Assembly: GCA_003971905.1 (NCBI GenBank)
Contig: RSEE01000009.1
Location: 868,001 to 932,000 of the forward strand
DNA: 64,000 nucleotides
From: Moniliella sp. 'wahieum'
Lineage: Eukaryota
Direction of reading: 5' to 3'
Both the position numbers and the translations under genes were made by a program. How positions within the stretch are numbered: position 1 is the stretch's first letter; the number at the start of each line of letters is the position of its first letter. Below the pieces are notes generated by a model. It was not told the origin of the DNA. It made no database searches and was given only the letters and a program-made list of their open reading frames with translations. This document shows, piece by piece, positions 39,014 to 51,500 of the stretch.

Positions 39014-42000
39014 AGTCGGTGAGGCGCTGAGCAGTCCTGGTTTCACGCGTCTTCCGGAAGCGGTGGCCGTGGTGGTGAGCAAGAAGATGTGCGTTTGTTC
39101 TGAACCACCCTAGGGCTGTGTGTGGGTAGGCTTGGCCACTGCAGGGGTTGAATGTGCCTTGATCCGGCGCGACTGCCACGGTGAAGCTTGAAGACGAGAA
39201 GGCCCGAAAAGCTGATGCACTGAGGGTGTGCCAGCCGGCACACATCGTTTCATCACCCCCATCCCACCGCAGTCTCGCCTGGGTCCGCTCGAGTCTGATG
39301 CCGTCTTGCTCCGCTGCTTACGCGGGCCACAGGCACCTGCGAAATCATATCACACAGCCGGCAGCCTGCCGAACAAGGCCGGTGTTGGCAATGGTATCAA
39401 CGTCAACACAGCGTCAAGGTTCAAAGCGTTTAACGTGAACACATCGAACATGATTCTACTCCGCCGAGCAGGGCGTAATGCGCGTAATGGGAGGTGGAGC
39501 CTGGTGGAGCACACAGGAGTGAGAAGCTGCATCCCACCACTGCCACCAACATGTCCCAATCTCATTTTCTTTTACCTCGGGTTCAACGTATTCAAAACGT
39601 TCAGATGTCGTCAGAAGAGTATATAGCCACAGAGTGTGGAAACTAGAAGCCGATTGCTGGCCTCGATGGTCACCGTGTTCGTTGGGCCTGACTATGTCAT
39701 GGAAGTTGATCACAGACTTAATAATCACAACTTGCTCGAGGTTGTCCACATGTATATGTAAGCTAGTTAAACGTTAACCGTTAACAAGGCGCTCTAAGAT
39801 CTAAGCGCTATAATTATGGTACGAAACAGGAAGAGAGTCGGCGTATTAGCGCAGAGCGTAGCGGTACTACCACACAATACCTGACTAACTGACGGCAAAA
39901 CGTGATGCATGATTGCCCCAACAGAGTGGGAACGAGCGAGAGGCTTCTGACCACGAACGCAAAGGTGAACGAAATCTCCAGAGGAAGAGTATGTCGCCTG
40001 GTGTCGCTCGTGACGCGTGACGTCGAAACGCGTGAAGCTTGAAGAGAAGAAAACCAGAAGGAGAGGGAGAAGCGACAACAGAGAAGAGCACACAAATTGT
40101 GACCGTGTGTGATGGATCGAAACGGCGCACGATCGCGAGGACAACGCAATACTAGCGTAGTGCCGACGCATCATGGATGATCTAGATGATCGATGAGGCG
40201 ACCTGAGGAAGAGTCTGAGTATACTATAGTGCACAATCACTAATCATCGATATATCGATCATCTCCAAGTTAATTAAGTCACAGCAGTACGAGCTCCACA
40301 GTGTCAGAGCGAACCACGGTTCACTTGTGCGGATGCAGACGCAGATATCAGAAGGTGAAAACAGACGGATGATCAATGAAGAGAAGAAAAGGTGGAACCC
40401 ATTGGACAGGGAACGGATTCCGGGCGAAAGCCCGGACCCGTGCCGTCCACAAAAGCCCGGTACGAGTGTGAGAGATAGTGATACTTCGAAATACTACACA
40501 GCGTTACCTGATGTTACAGTCATGCAAGTCATGATACACAGCCTTTTACTGACAGTACTGACCGGTGACCGGTCACCTCTCTCTCATATCAAAACCATGT
40601 CAGTCCCATTAATAGACTAATGGGGAAAGGTTTCACTTCTAATAGTACTAGAGACTAATAGCACAGTAGGACTGTCACATGTCAGACCTCAGGACCTCAG
40701 GGGCAACTAATCCTCCATTTGCTGTTGCGGATAATACTATCATCCGCGAAAACAGGTGTGGATGTGCCGGAGCACCGCCGACGCTGAGTCACGTTTTGGT
40801 CGATTGACAAAGAGTGACTATAGAAGCTTTGATGACCTCCCCCGCAACAGGCAACCGTCGTCGATATAGTCACTCTGCAGTCATATATGGAAAAAAATCT
40901 TCTACTACCATACGAGGAGACCACCGGGCCTACGGCCCGGTCAGCTGGGGCCCGTAGCCAGCGTTCCCCCTTCGCCACCTTAGCCACCGTTCCCCCCTTC
41001 GCCACCGTAGTTATAATATCACCGATACGCGCTGGCTGCGGGTGGCTGGGAACGTGGCACCGGTCGGCACGTGCCTATGACGTAAAAGATGCACGGCGGA
41101 TACTTTTGCGTATGACATAGAGTGTCCCAGCCTTAAGCTCTGTCAATGGAATGCACACAACAGAGATGGCAGGAGGCAAAGAAATCCACCAACAACCCTA
41201 CTGCCCCCCGACCTGAACCCTACTGCTCCCCACCTGCACGTGACGGGGGGGGGCTGCGCCAACCATCGGCATATGACAGAGTCGCGTCGACGCGTCCCTC
41301 CACTCCCTTAAAATGCCCCTGCCCGTGCTCACCGCCGGTGCCCCATTGCCGCACCAACGACCACACGGCACACGGTGCCCCTTCAATCCACGCCCACGGT
41401 TGTGCCCCTACTGCCGTCGAGGGCTCGATCCATGTAACGTGAATTACGACGACCCTGTCGCAGGCGGGCCCTGCCAGGTGGGTCACTCAGGTTGGGGGGT
41501 ACAATCCCTTAGGTGAAGGACGACTCACGGTAGTTTCGGGCTTGGGCTACTTGGTGGATCCGAGCGAGGGGGAGAAGCCTTGGACGTGAAGCCGAGGCGG
41601 CTGCGCGCGTGGCAAGGCGTATACGCCGGCTGAAGGGTAGTAACGTGTCTGAAGCCTCCGGGGCTGAGACGGGTAGATGCAGTGGAGCGGACAGACACTG
41701 CCAGGGCTGAGGCAGGGCAGTGGCTGTGAAAGGAACCCACGCGACATGCTATGGTACGGGGAACCGACGCGGCTGAAGGAAAAGGCTCGCGCGATTGGGC
41801 ACATGGAAAAGCGTGGAGGACGAGTTGGATGATGAAAGATGATGCAGCTAAGTGGAGACGAGATGTTGCCTGTATTACTGAATCAGTTGGCTGGAAACAT
41901 GCAGGAGTTGGACAAGAAAGGTGGGAAACGACGAGAATGGAAGGTGGGATAAAGGATCCCCACTAATCGATGATGCTGACTGTTGGTTGGCCCCTTTTTG

Positions 42001-42449
42001 GTACCCCCTTCTGTCTAAGCCCCATCGCACTGGCATAGATGTTGACAGAGCGAATTAGACGAAGTTATAGAGTGCGACTTGGGAGCGTTCGCGATCCTAT
42101 GGATCAGCTGCAAAGCAGCCTTCAGACAAGGCGTGAAGGCAAAGTGGTGAGCCACAAGTCTTCAAGCAACAGCTGAATTGAAGGGAAGGAACAGGAGAGA
42201 GAGAAGGGAGATGAAGCGAGCAGGGCGTACGCGCCCTGCGAGCGGAATCTTCCGCCCGGCTAAGTGAGCGTCACCGATCCACGAGGGCCGTGCAGGGGAA
42301 ACCAGCACTGCCCTCCAATAGAAGCAAGCGAAGGCTGCGAAGGCACTAAGAGTGTCATCCGATAGCACTTCCTCGTATTATATGTTGGGGGGCAGGAAAG
42401 GTGTTAGACTTCCACGTGGGCAGTCCCATCAATAACTGCATCAATGCCT

Positions 42450-43800
42450 ATACAACCGATCGGATGGTCTATACGGCGAAGTGTTGTTCATCATGCCGAA
42501 AGGATTCGTCAAACAGTTCACAAAAACAAAAGGGAGAAGACACGCTGATTTGACTTGTTGGGCCGGGGCTCTCATCATATGCAGTATTCTCGAGTCCCCG
42601 TGTTCCGTGTGCCCGTACTATGCCCATATGCCCAAAAAGAGGAAGCCAAGTTCAAGTTGCCCTGAGGAGGAACAATGTGCGAAAAGGGAAACATTATATG
42701 AACCGACCACATAGGAGGATGCTGACTGCAGGGGGAGAAGAGTGTAAAGAACTTTGATGTGACCCTGTGAAAAGGCTCTCGCGCATCGTGTGGTATTATA
42801 TATACTACACGAGAGATGTCAAGTATGTCCCACGCCTTGCCGAGACCACCGAGTTCTGATGAGGACCTTGTTGCAGTGTTCTCGTCGATGAAGAGCTCAA
42901 ACGGACGATGATTGGTCTTACAGTCACTTTTGCTTAAGATTTTGAAGAAGGGGTTGCGTATGGCAAAAGAGGGCAGCATGAGAAAAAGACAAGCAGACAC
43001 TATCGGCTTGTTATCCCAAAAAAAGAAGAGCCTTACGATGACCAGTGGAAGTTGCTGCACAGTCGTCACCACCACAAGCAAGTGCCGCCACCTCAGGTGA
43101 TAATGAGGGCCACTAAAGTTGGCGTGTGTACTCGAGGGAAAGGGATATGCTCCATGGATTTTGTTGTGAGAGATGTAACGGTCACTGCGCAGTCCTCAAC
43201 AGCAGAGACGCAGACAACTCGCCCACACGCGACAGGTGAACTTCAGACGGTGTAGTCCTGAGGAGTGGCAACTCGCTAAGAGTCAGGTCCTTTTGGCCGT
43301 GAGGTGCGGTAACTGGGGCCATAACCGAGACGGGACAATGTAAGGATCGGTGTTCATTATACTACTAGTATGGACACATCCTGCTGTAAGCGAGAAACTC
43401 AACGATATCGCTGTAAGCGACGTGGGCTCAAAAGCCTAAGAAAATGGGAGGAGATGAGATGGCGCTATTTCAAGAGAAGAGAGCCCGACACAAGGCAGCC
43501 GAAGGGGCAAAATCACCCACAAGGTGTATCGGAGCGTTTGAATAGAAGTCGCATGGCGACTTGACAAAACGGAGCCCGTCACCTAATGACGGGGAGGATA
43601 TCCTTAGGTGAGCCGCGCTTGTTGGTGCGAACGTGTTGGGACTTTGGAGCCCCATAACAAAGGTATATTACAGCGATAAACGGCGAAGATACAAAAAAGA
43701 TGTACCTGTGTGAAGAAACCCCCACGAAGTGACAGGAGTTCCATCCCTACAGCGAGCGTGGCGTAAGGCATGATCTAAAACCAGACGTGCTTGCGATTAT
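42450..43800 (+). mobile_element. Decayed Ty1/copia LTR-retrotransposon gag-pol relic (protease to integrase)
   Basis: Motif remnants in copia order across frames: CSSCRK (zinc knuckle?), GA/SHHM (cf. LDSGASHHM, ~42570), RDVKYVPRLA (cf. DVLYVP.L, ~42815), LLHSRHHH (cf. LWHRRLGH, 43052), VCTRGK, HATGELQTV*S (cf. RAT.PLELVHSD), QGVSERLNRS (cf. QNGVSERLNRT, ~43520), LR*AALVGANV..WSP. Confidence 0.6.
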
Positions 43801-44993
43801 AGTAACCAGTAATCGATATTCCACAGTGCGTGCGTCAGTGGGCCGCAAACGGGACGTCAGAATCCGTGCCAGAAAAGTGGAGCATGCGTCTGGATAGCGA
43901 CATCCGTGCGCTCTGACTGCTGAGCTATCTCAGCGTTATGAGACCTGAAGTCCTGATGGTCCTCGACGGTGTTGCAATAACTGCATGGCGGTGGTAGTGG
44001 TCTAAGCAGCAATGCCTACAGAGAAACAACAAGCAGCTAGTCACCACCAGGGTGGCTACTAGGCTACGGAACAAGGAAAACAGAAGACAGAAAACAATGG
44101 AGTTTCTATTCTTATATTACGCCTGAGGAGGAACAGAAGGGACGTTGGCCAAAACACACGAGCTACCCGCGGTGGCTAAACACCGTGCGCTCGTCGTAGC
44201 CTAGCAGACTCCCTACATGATAGAGCAGTATAACCCTCGGTACTCGCCCCCTGCGGGGCCTCCCAGCGAGTGACAACACGCCTGCGATGTTCTTGCGCTT
44301 AGGACGCCTGAGAGAGGGGGAAGCTCTGATGATCGATGACTGTGATGACACGGTATAGATAGGCAAGTAGCGGGGCAGGGTATAGTTTAGGTAGAGTGTG
44401 AAATACCACATGGATCGCGAGTGTCTCGGCAATAAACTTTGTGGATTGTCTGAGATATCTGTTGAGACGTTATGGGGTCTTCCGTGGATACTGTCGTATT
44501 ATTAGTTGATGGAGCCGAACTGGATTCGCGCGCATGATAATTTATATTCGCCCCATAGCAAGACGTAATACCACAGTCATATGCTGTATTGCATCAACAA
44601 CATGCCCGCGGCCCGAGCCACACAGTGGCAACTGCGATTGCTGCTAGGGACACCTCCATGCTCATAGCGTCACCTCCATTTCGCATTCATAGTTTGCGTA
44701 ACTTAAAACGGGAAGAGAAAGAAACGCTGCCTATATCTCAGGATTGCTCTTATCTATGAGCGTACGTAGGCATTGCTCTATTACCAACAACAGGAATCCA
44801 CTTGCTCTTTACTAACGAGTTGGGGCTTAATATGAAGCTTTTAAGTGACCCTATATAGTGATCGAGAGATCAAGTTGGCAACTAGAGAAGAGACTCTTAT
44901 AGCATGTGTTGGCTATCTGATACACATTTTGTTCTGCCGAACACACTTCGGGTGGCAAGCGAGATTGTTATCGCGACATCGATGAAGAGAGTA

Positions 44994-45000
44994 ACTGAGT

Positions 45001-45032
<32 letters not shown>
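44994..45032. repeat. ACTGAG(T/C) heptamer tandem array (5 copies plus partial)
   Basis: ACTGAGT ACTGAGC ACTGAGC ACTGAGC ACTGAGC ACTG. Confidence 0.95.
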
Positions 45033-46064
45033 TATTTGAGTAGTGAGCTGTAGTAGTGACTCTAGCGACTAGTGACTAGTGAGGCATGATGATGCCGAAG
45101 AGACTTGAAGCTTTTGGAGCTTGAAGCTATTGAAGAAGACTGAAAACAGTTTTATGAGAGGCTCAACGTTTAAAGTGGTTGACATGTTGACACCTACGCC
45201 ATCAACCCCCGACGGACATTCATTTGCATTCTGCGATGCGAGGCCGAAGAAGAGATTTTCGATGGGCCTTATTTCCATCTCCTAAAAACATAGGTGAGCG
45301 TGAAAAGCATATGGCCACAGGTGGTTGGAGTGTATTTTATAACAAGATTCAATATTCAACGTATACATTTTGAGCACCTTCGTTGGTCTCACAGTCTCAA
45401 CAGTAACTCAATACAGGATTCATATTCACATGTGACAGTATGCTCTCTGTTCTCTCTTTGATCCAGCGTTCAACATGACGTGCTCGCACTTTGCTGCAAT
45501 GACTAGTATCTAACTCTATTCAAAACAAAACAAAACGTCCGCAGAAACTCACTGAGTACATCTACATCATGCATCAATAGTCACTAGAGCTAGTCACTAG
45601 TCACTTTCGGGCTAAAGCATGTTTGCATTTTTGATGCATGTCAGTTGGCGGCGGAACCACATGGGCCCGATGCAGTCGTCTGGTGGGAGACGGGCGGGGG
45701 GGGGAACATGAGATCTGAGACCTGAGACCTGGGATATGAGAACTCTCGGACTAGCCCGTAGCAGGGTACCACCAGATTTGCTTTATCGATACGCGTCCTC
45801 TCCCTCAGAGATGCAGATGGCTTGTTGAAACGTCTCGTCTTCATGATACGGAAGACATCCCGTTTGTTCAACGTTGTTCAGGCCCGCCTTAGGCCTCATG
45901 GCCTCAGCAGAAATAAAGCAGCAGAGTCGTTGGATCATTAATCATTGATAGAAGTGGTTTCTGGACTGGTGGTTATCGGTACCGAGAGATTATCGAGTAT
46001 CTAAAAGATTCCAAGAACCATGTCAACAATTAAATTAGGCGTGAGATCGATGTGAGAGAGATAG

Positions 46065-46192
46065 CATGGGGACATGAGGACATGGGGCATGGGGACATGG
46101 GGCATGGGGGCATGGCGACATGGACACATGGAGACGTGGGGACATGGGGACAGGTGACCCGGTGACATGGAGACATGGAGACGGGGACAGGG
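46065..46192 (+). repeat. Degenerate (GGGG/GGAG)ACAT 7-8-bp microsatellite
   Basis: catggggacatgaggacatggggcatggggacatggggcatgggggcatggcgacatggacacatggagacgtggggacatggggacagg... Confidence 0.9.
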
Positions 46193-46573
46193 TGTGATGG
46201 TGGTTTCACGGTTACCGGTTAGCCACTGCCGTGACGCGTGACGCGTGAATATCAATCTTCGTCCGACAAGTCACGCGGTCACCCGGTCACGCGTCGACGG
46301 CCCCATATGTCACATGTCACATCCGCCGATGCGCCCATGTCCCATCCTTCACATGTGATGCATGTGACTAGGAACTCACGCGGACACACGAGGTCTACAG
46401 GTCCCATGCATCACAGGGGTTACCGGTTAACGTTTAAAATTTAACGTTTAACGGGCAAGCCACGTCTGTGAAGCAAGCATATGCTCTCCAGAAATCCACA
46501 TACTCTCGAGGCTTTTTGTCCCACGCGTCTGTCCCCAGGGCCTGAGCAGTGCCTGAGCGCGCCCAGGCCTGTG

Positions 46574-46682
46574 CCTTGGGCCTCAGGCCCCTCAGGCAGC
46601 CGCGGTGCTGAGGCTCTGAGGGTCCTTGGGCCTTAGGCCCCTCCGGCAGCCGCGGTGCTGAGGCGCTGAGGGTCCTTGGGCC
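46574..46682. repeat. 50-bp tandem direct repeat (2 copies plus 9 bp)
   Basis: CCTTGGGCC recurs at 46574, 46624 and 46674. The two units differ at only about 3 positions. Confidence 0.95.
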
Positions 46683-48489
46683 TGGCCATCGAATCAGGGT
46701 CAGCTTCAGGGGGGCTGCAAATGTACGTAACGCGCAAGCACTAAGCTCTAAGCGCTAAGCGCTAAATACAGTAATGCGGCAAGCCGGCCTGCCCCGGAGT
46801 GCCGCTGTGTGCCTTCTTAGTGCCGTCCTGTGCCGCCTTGCCGCCTCAGGGCTGCCTCCGTGCCGCAACAGCCGCAACGCCGGCGCCCGGCCGGCGCCGC
46901 AACCAGTCTTGGCATTTGCCTCATTTGATTTCGCCCTGTCTCGCCTCCGATCAGACGGAGGCTTTAGTGCGCATCAGTCCGAGGCTCCAGTCCAGAGTCC
47001 AGTGGCGCTGTCCGCGTTTAGCGCTTCGCCTGCAGCATGAATCATGTGCACATGCGCCTGCGCCACAATCTACCCTGCTTCAAGCTTCAATGGAGCAACT
47101 GCCGAAAACTGATAGCGCCTATAGGAGCAGAGAGGCGCCAAGTTTGAGCGGCTGAGCCTCGAGATATCTTTAGAGCTTGAGAGCGTGAGCGCGCGAGCGT
47201 TCTGGCTGCACGGACTGCTTCCATGTGCTCTGCTAGTGCGTGCAAAGGTGGACGTTGAACGTTTGAGCTTGAATCGCCCTGCCGGGGCGGATGCCGATGA
47301 TCGAGGACTGGGACCGCATGAATAATCGAGGATGTCAAGGTCTGAGACCTATTTGCGTCTCGGAAAGCCGGTGCGCTTGGCAAACCCGCAGCGGAGCGAC
47401 CATCATGCATCGTACACACCAACCATCGATCATCTCGATCATCAGGCGGGCGGCGGGGGTGTTGCCATCATGTCATGCTCATGTGTGTGATTGCATGATG
47501 TTCGAGGATTAATGCGCGCATTAATGAGGCATCTTCCGCCGGTCAAATGCGCTATCGAGAGCGGGGACGGACGCACAACGAGAGCGGCAAGTGAGCGTCA
47601 GTTCACACTCAAGATGAACGAACGGAGGGGTGCTAAGTAACTAACTCAGTACAGAGTGAGTACGCAGTACAGAGTGTACTGATGTACTGTGTAGTCTCAC
47701 GACCGAGCGCGCGCTGAGCCAGCCTAAGCTTTTCACCAACCAGCCAAGTGTGGCGTTTCGTGGAAAAAACGAGGGCTTCGTCCGTTTATCAAGCTTCAAG
47801 CTAAGCGTCACTAGCGTCACCACGATGGAATGACGATTATCGATCATTGGTCAACTACTGACTGGCTAGTCACTAGTCACTGTCACCTGCAGCACTGCTA
47901 CCGCTGCTGTGTGAGGTGGATTAGGCGTTGGCCTGCGTTCAATTGCTGGGGGGAGGGAGATTCAGAATAAGAGGTGCTGCGGATAGATGCTCTGCCCCTT
48001 GCGAGACACTCGTATGGCGGCTGTTCGCAGTGCGCAAGCACTTGGTACCCTCAGTAATACTCAGCTGAGCGCCCTGTGGCTCCGCTCCGAGGCTCAGACC
48101 CAGTCTTGTGCCTTTCCGACAATGTGTGTAGGATACGACCCCCTGATAGTGTACGTACACCTCACCTCGCCAAACACCTTATCCCACCCACTATGCACTG
48201 TGCCACTGCAAAGGAGAAGAAGGACGCAGTGCGGCGTTCGAGTCTTGTGCCGCACACACAGCGCGCCCAGTATCAGAGACATCCAGTTTCTATAGTGCTA
48301 GTTCAGCGTAGGCATCGGCTTAAAGATGCCGCCACTCCCTCGTCCGCCACGGAGGTTCGTCTTTCGTCCCCGCCTCGCTCAACGCACACTCCCTTCTCTG
48401 TCCTTTCACCTCCTGGACCTTCCTCATCCTCATCGCTGCGCGCTCCCAATCCCACAGTGCGCACAATCCAACCAGTGTTGTTGGTCTAG

Positions 48490-48564
48490 GTGAGCAGACT
48501 GCGCTCAGGAGTGCCTTGGAGCTCCCCTGTGTACTAACACCCTCATGCTCTTCATCCTTTCTAG
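48490..48564 (+). other. Probable 5'-UTR intron ending immediately before the start codon
   Basis: AG|GTGAGC donor at 48490, ACTAAC branch at 48533-48538, pyrimidine tract, CTAG|ATG at 48565. Confidence 0.7.
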
Positions 48565-51500
48565 ATGCAGGTCTGGTCTGCCTTGTTCTTGGCGGGCGCC
48601 GCGGTGGCTACCCTGCCGGGTGTCCGCGCGCAATGCGCTTGTGGTTACCAAGACCCAACCACTCTTGCCTCTTCACCGATGCCGTCATCACGTACTTCAA
48701 CGAGACTGGAGCCGCCGACCAAGTCGTCTTTGTACCCGAAAAGTCGGCTGACCGGTACGGGCGGGACAGCGCCGGATACGCTGGCACGGGTCAGCAGCCC
48801 TGGATCAACAGTCAGCGCACGAATGAATGGGAAGACGATTTCTCAGCTACCTGGCGCAGCGCCGTCTCGTACAACAACACCTTTCTCATCGCCAACGAGA
48901 GTATGGGCATGATGGTTGCAGCTGCCGACATCAAAAACCGAATCGTTTATGGAAGTCAGTTCCAGACCCGTCGCCGTGACATTCTGTACGGATCCTTCCG
49001 GACTATGGTCTTGCCCCCTACCGACGCCAATGCTGGAACCGAGTTCGACATTGAGCTCGCGTACAACGAATCGTCCGTGGTTCAAACATCCTTTTTCAGT
49101 AACGACAATGCGACTGATGCCACGGTCGCCATGGGCTTCTCCTCCAAATCCAACGGTCTCAACCCCGTGTTTGTCAACCAGTCCAATATCAGTCCAGGCC
49201 AGGGAAAACGATGTTTGGCACGAATACCGATGGACTGGCTCCCCACTGTACTGAGCTGGAGCAACGACGGCACCAATGCGAGTCTCACTTCGATGGCCAA
49301 GCCTAAGAAGAAGGGAACCCAACTTCCTGTTCTTCCGGCTCCATTCAGTTTCAAGCACTGGTCCAACGGTTCTCCTACCGGATCCCACGGACCTCCCAAG
49401 CACACTCCCCTCTTGCTCAAATCCGCTACGCTCGTCTCTTCTTCAACTCGTCGCTCGCCACGCGTTCCTCGCAGTTTGATGAACAGTGCGCCGCTGCTGG
49501 TGGTGCCCAGGTGTGCTCGACGGAAGACTGGACCTTGCGCGGCTCGACCGAGCTGGACCTAGCCATGACTGTGAACCAACCCTTACCCCACAAACATTAC
49601 CACGCTCGTCCGTACGCTTGGATTGGGTTTACAGTCTCAATCGGAATCTTTACTGCCCTCTTTGTCCATGCGTTTGTTCGCCGTGTGATCACCTCCCGCA
49701 TCAAGCGCCGTGCCTTCTATGACGACTACAACCACAAACAAGAAGAGCTCCAGGCGGAACAGGCTTCCCAAACGGTTACGTCGTCGCCTGCCTCACCTAA
49801 CCCTCCCTCCAACAGTTTCCGCAAGAGTGACTACACCGACGTGGAACTGGCGACCGAGATGGCAGATCAGAAGGTATTTGACGAGGCGATGGCGACGTGG
49901 GACAACCCTGAGTTCTTGGCTGATCACCTGGATCAAGTCGATGACGACGATTCGGACATTGACGAAAAAGAAGAGGCGCTCGTTGAAGATCCGTTCTACC
50001 AGCACAACACTGATGCCAGTTCGCAGATCAGTTTGTCCCAAAGCCTCAAGTCAGGCTACCGCCTGCCCTCGGTTCATTATGTCCCTGGCACACCCCACAC
50101 CACTCGTCCTGCGTCCCTCTACAGCAACCCACCGATTGGCCGCTCGCATTCGCAGTGGAATTTCGACACCGACCGGACGAGGTACCGACAGGCGCGCTGA
50201 CCCCCAATTTGGGTCGTCACACCCCTATGTTGTCTTTCAATTCGCCTGCCATGACAACTAGCGACTCCTTGGGCATACTTCAACGTGCGGATCAACCTTC
50301 TACGTCGGGTGACCAAGGTTCCTCGGTGTACGAGCCATCAATTGTTTCAGGAGAGGATGGGTTGGGTGCACCGCCCGCAATGCCGCCTATGGTCACGTTG
50401 CACCCTCATCACAAATGCTTCTGGAGGATGGATCGGCGATGCCGGTACACTGGGTGAACCTATTGCTGAATGGAAGCCAGCGGCGCCGACGGACCAAAGT
50501 GAGGCGCAAGGCACGCTGGCCAAGCCGGCAGGGGCTGGGGCCGATAAAAAGGCGGACAAGGAAGATGAGGCGAAGGAGACGTTTTGGGAGAGCATCAAGT
50601 ACAAGATCTTTGTCCACAGGGCGAGGGGACGGGCAACGCGTCGGGGGCCGCCCGGGTCGAGAGTACTGGACGGTCTTCGGGGTTTGCTTGCTTGCTCGTC
50701 TCGTTGCACCACTGGACACTGATTTTCGAATATTCGTTCACAACGGCAGGCGTCACGTCGCACTATGGCTTTGACAAATGGATCTACCGCATCTTGGGCC
50801 CCATTATCTGCAATGGTGGTCTGAATGTCGGCATCTTTTTCGTTCTGCCGCCGTGTGATCGCGAACCGGTACTTGGTGCGTGGGAACCTGCAAGACCTGG
50901 CCCAGCAAATCTTTACGCGTGTCCCTCGTCTGGCTACGACCATCACAGCTGCCTTGCTCATCAACTACTTCCTCATTGAATCGGTACGTCTTCTGGATCG
51001 CTCTCTCTTTCCTCCACTAGTGGTGTGATGCTGACAGTTCCTCGTTTTCGCTTTTCAGGGTGCATTTTACTGGGTCTCTCGTCTACCTTCGCGGAGTACA
51101 GCGTCTGGTCATACTACCATGACTACTCCTCGGTGGGCGAGTTTATCGATTCATACCTCACGCTCTGGTTTATGCAACCACCTACCATCCCCCCTCACGC
51201 GGCACTATGCCACCGGCATTCTCTGGACTGTTCCCGTCATCGTTCAGTCGTCCTGGACAGTTTACATTTGCGCCCTGATCGCCGGGAGATCAAGAAACCA
51301 TGGAAGCGGTATGGATTCTACCTGGCTTGCTTGACGTTAGAATGGTGGTCGAACCGGTACGATTACTTCTTCATTGGTGGCCTGATGATTGCCGACTTGG
51401 ACAACCGTCTCAAATACCGCCAACTGTCGGCCAAGGAATAAGATTTTCAGAAAGTTCACGTCACCCTTGAACCCTTTGCTTGGATCCTCTTCTTCCTGGG

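Noticed and set aside
39228..39749. Small gene upstream of the Stealth gene
   Set aside because: Short ORFs on both strands with no recognisable domain or convincing splice pattern.
44163..44432. Copia post-integrase remnant (GSLLGYDE)
   Set aside because: A single short motif, opposite in orientation to the adjacent relic; insufficient evidence.
46065..46192. Interstitial telomere
   Set aside because: The unit is GGGGACAT-like and degenerate, not TTAGGG.
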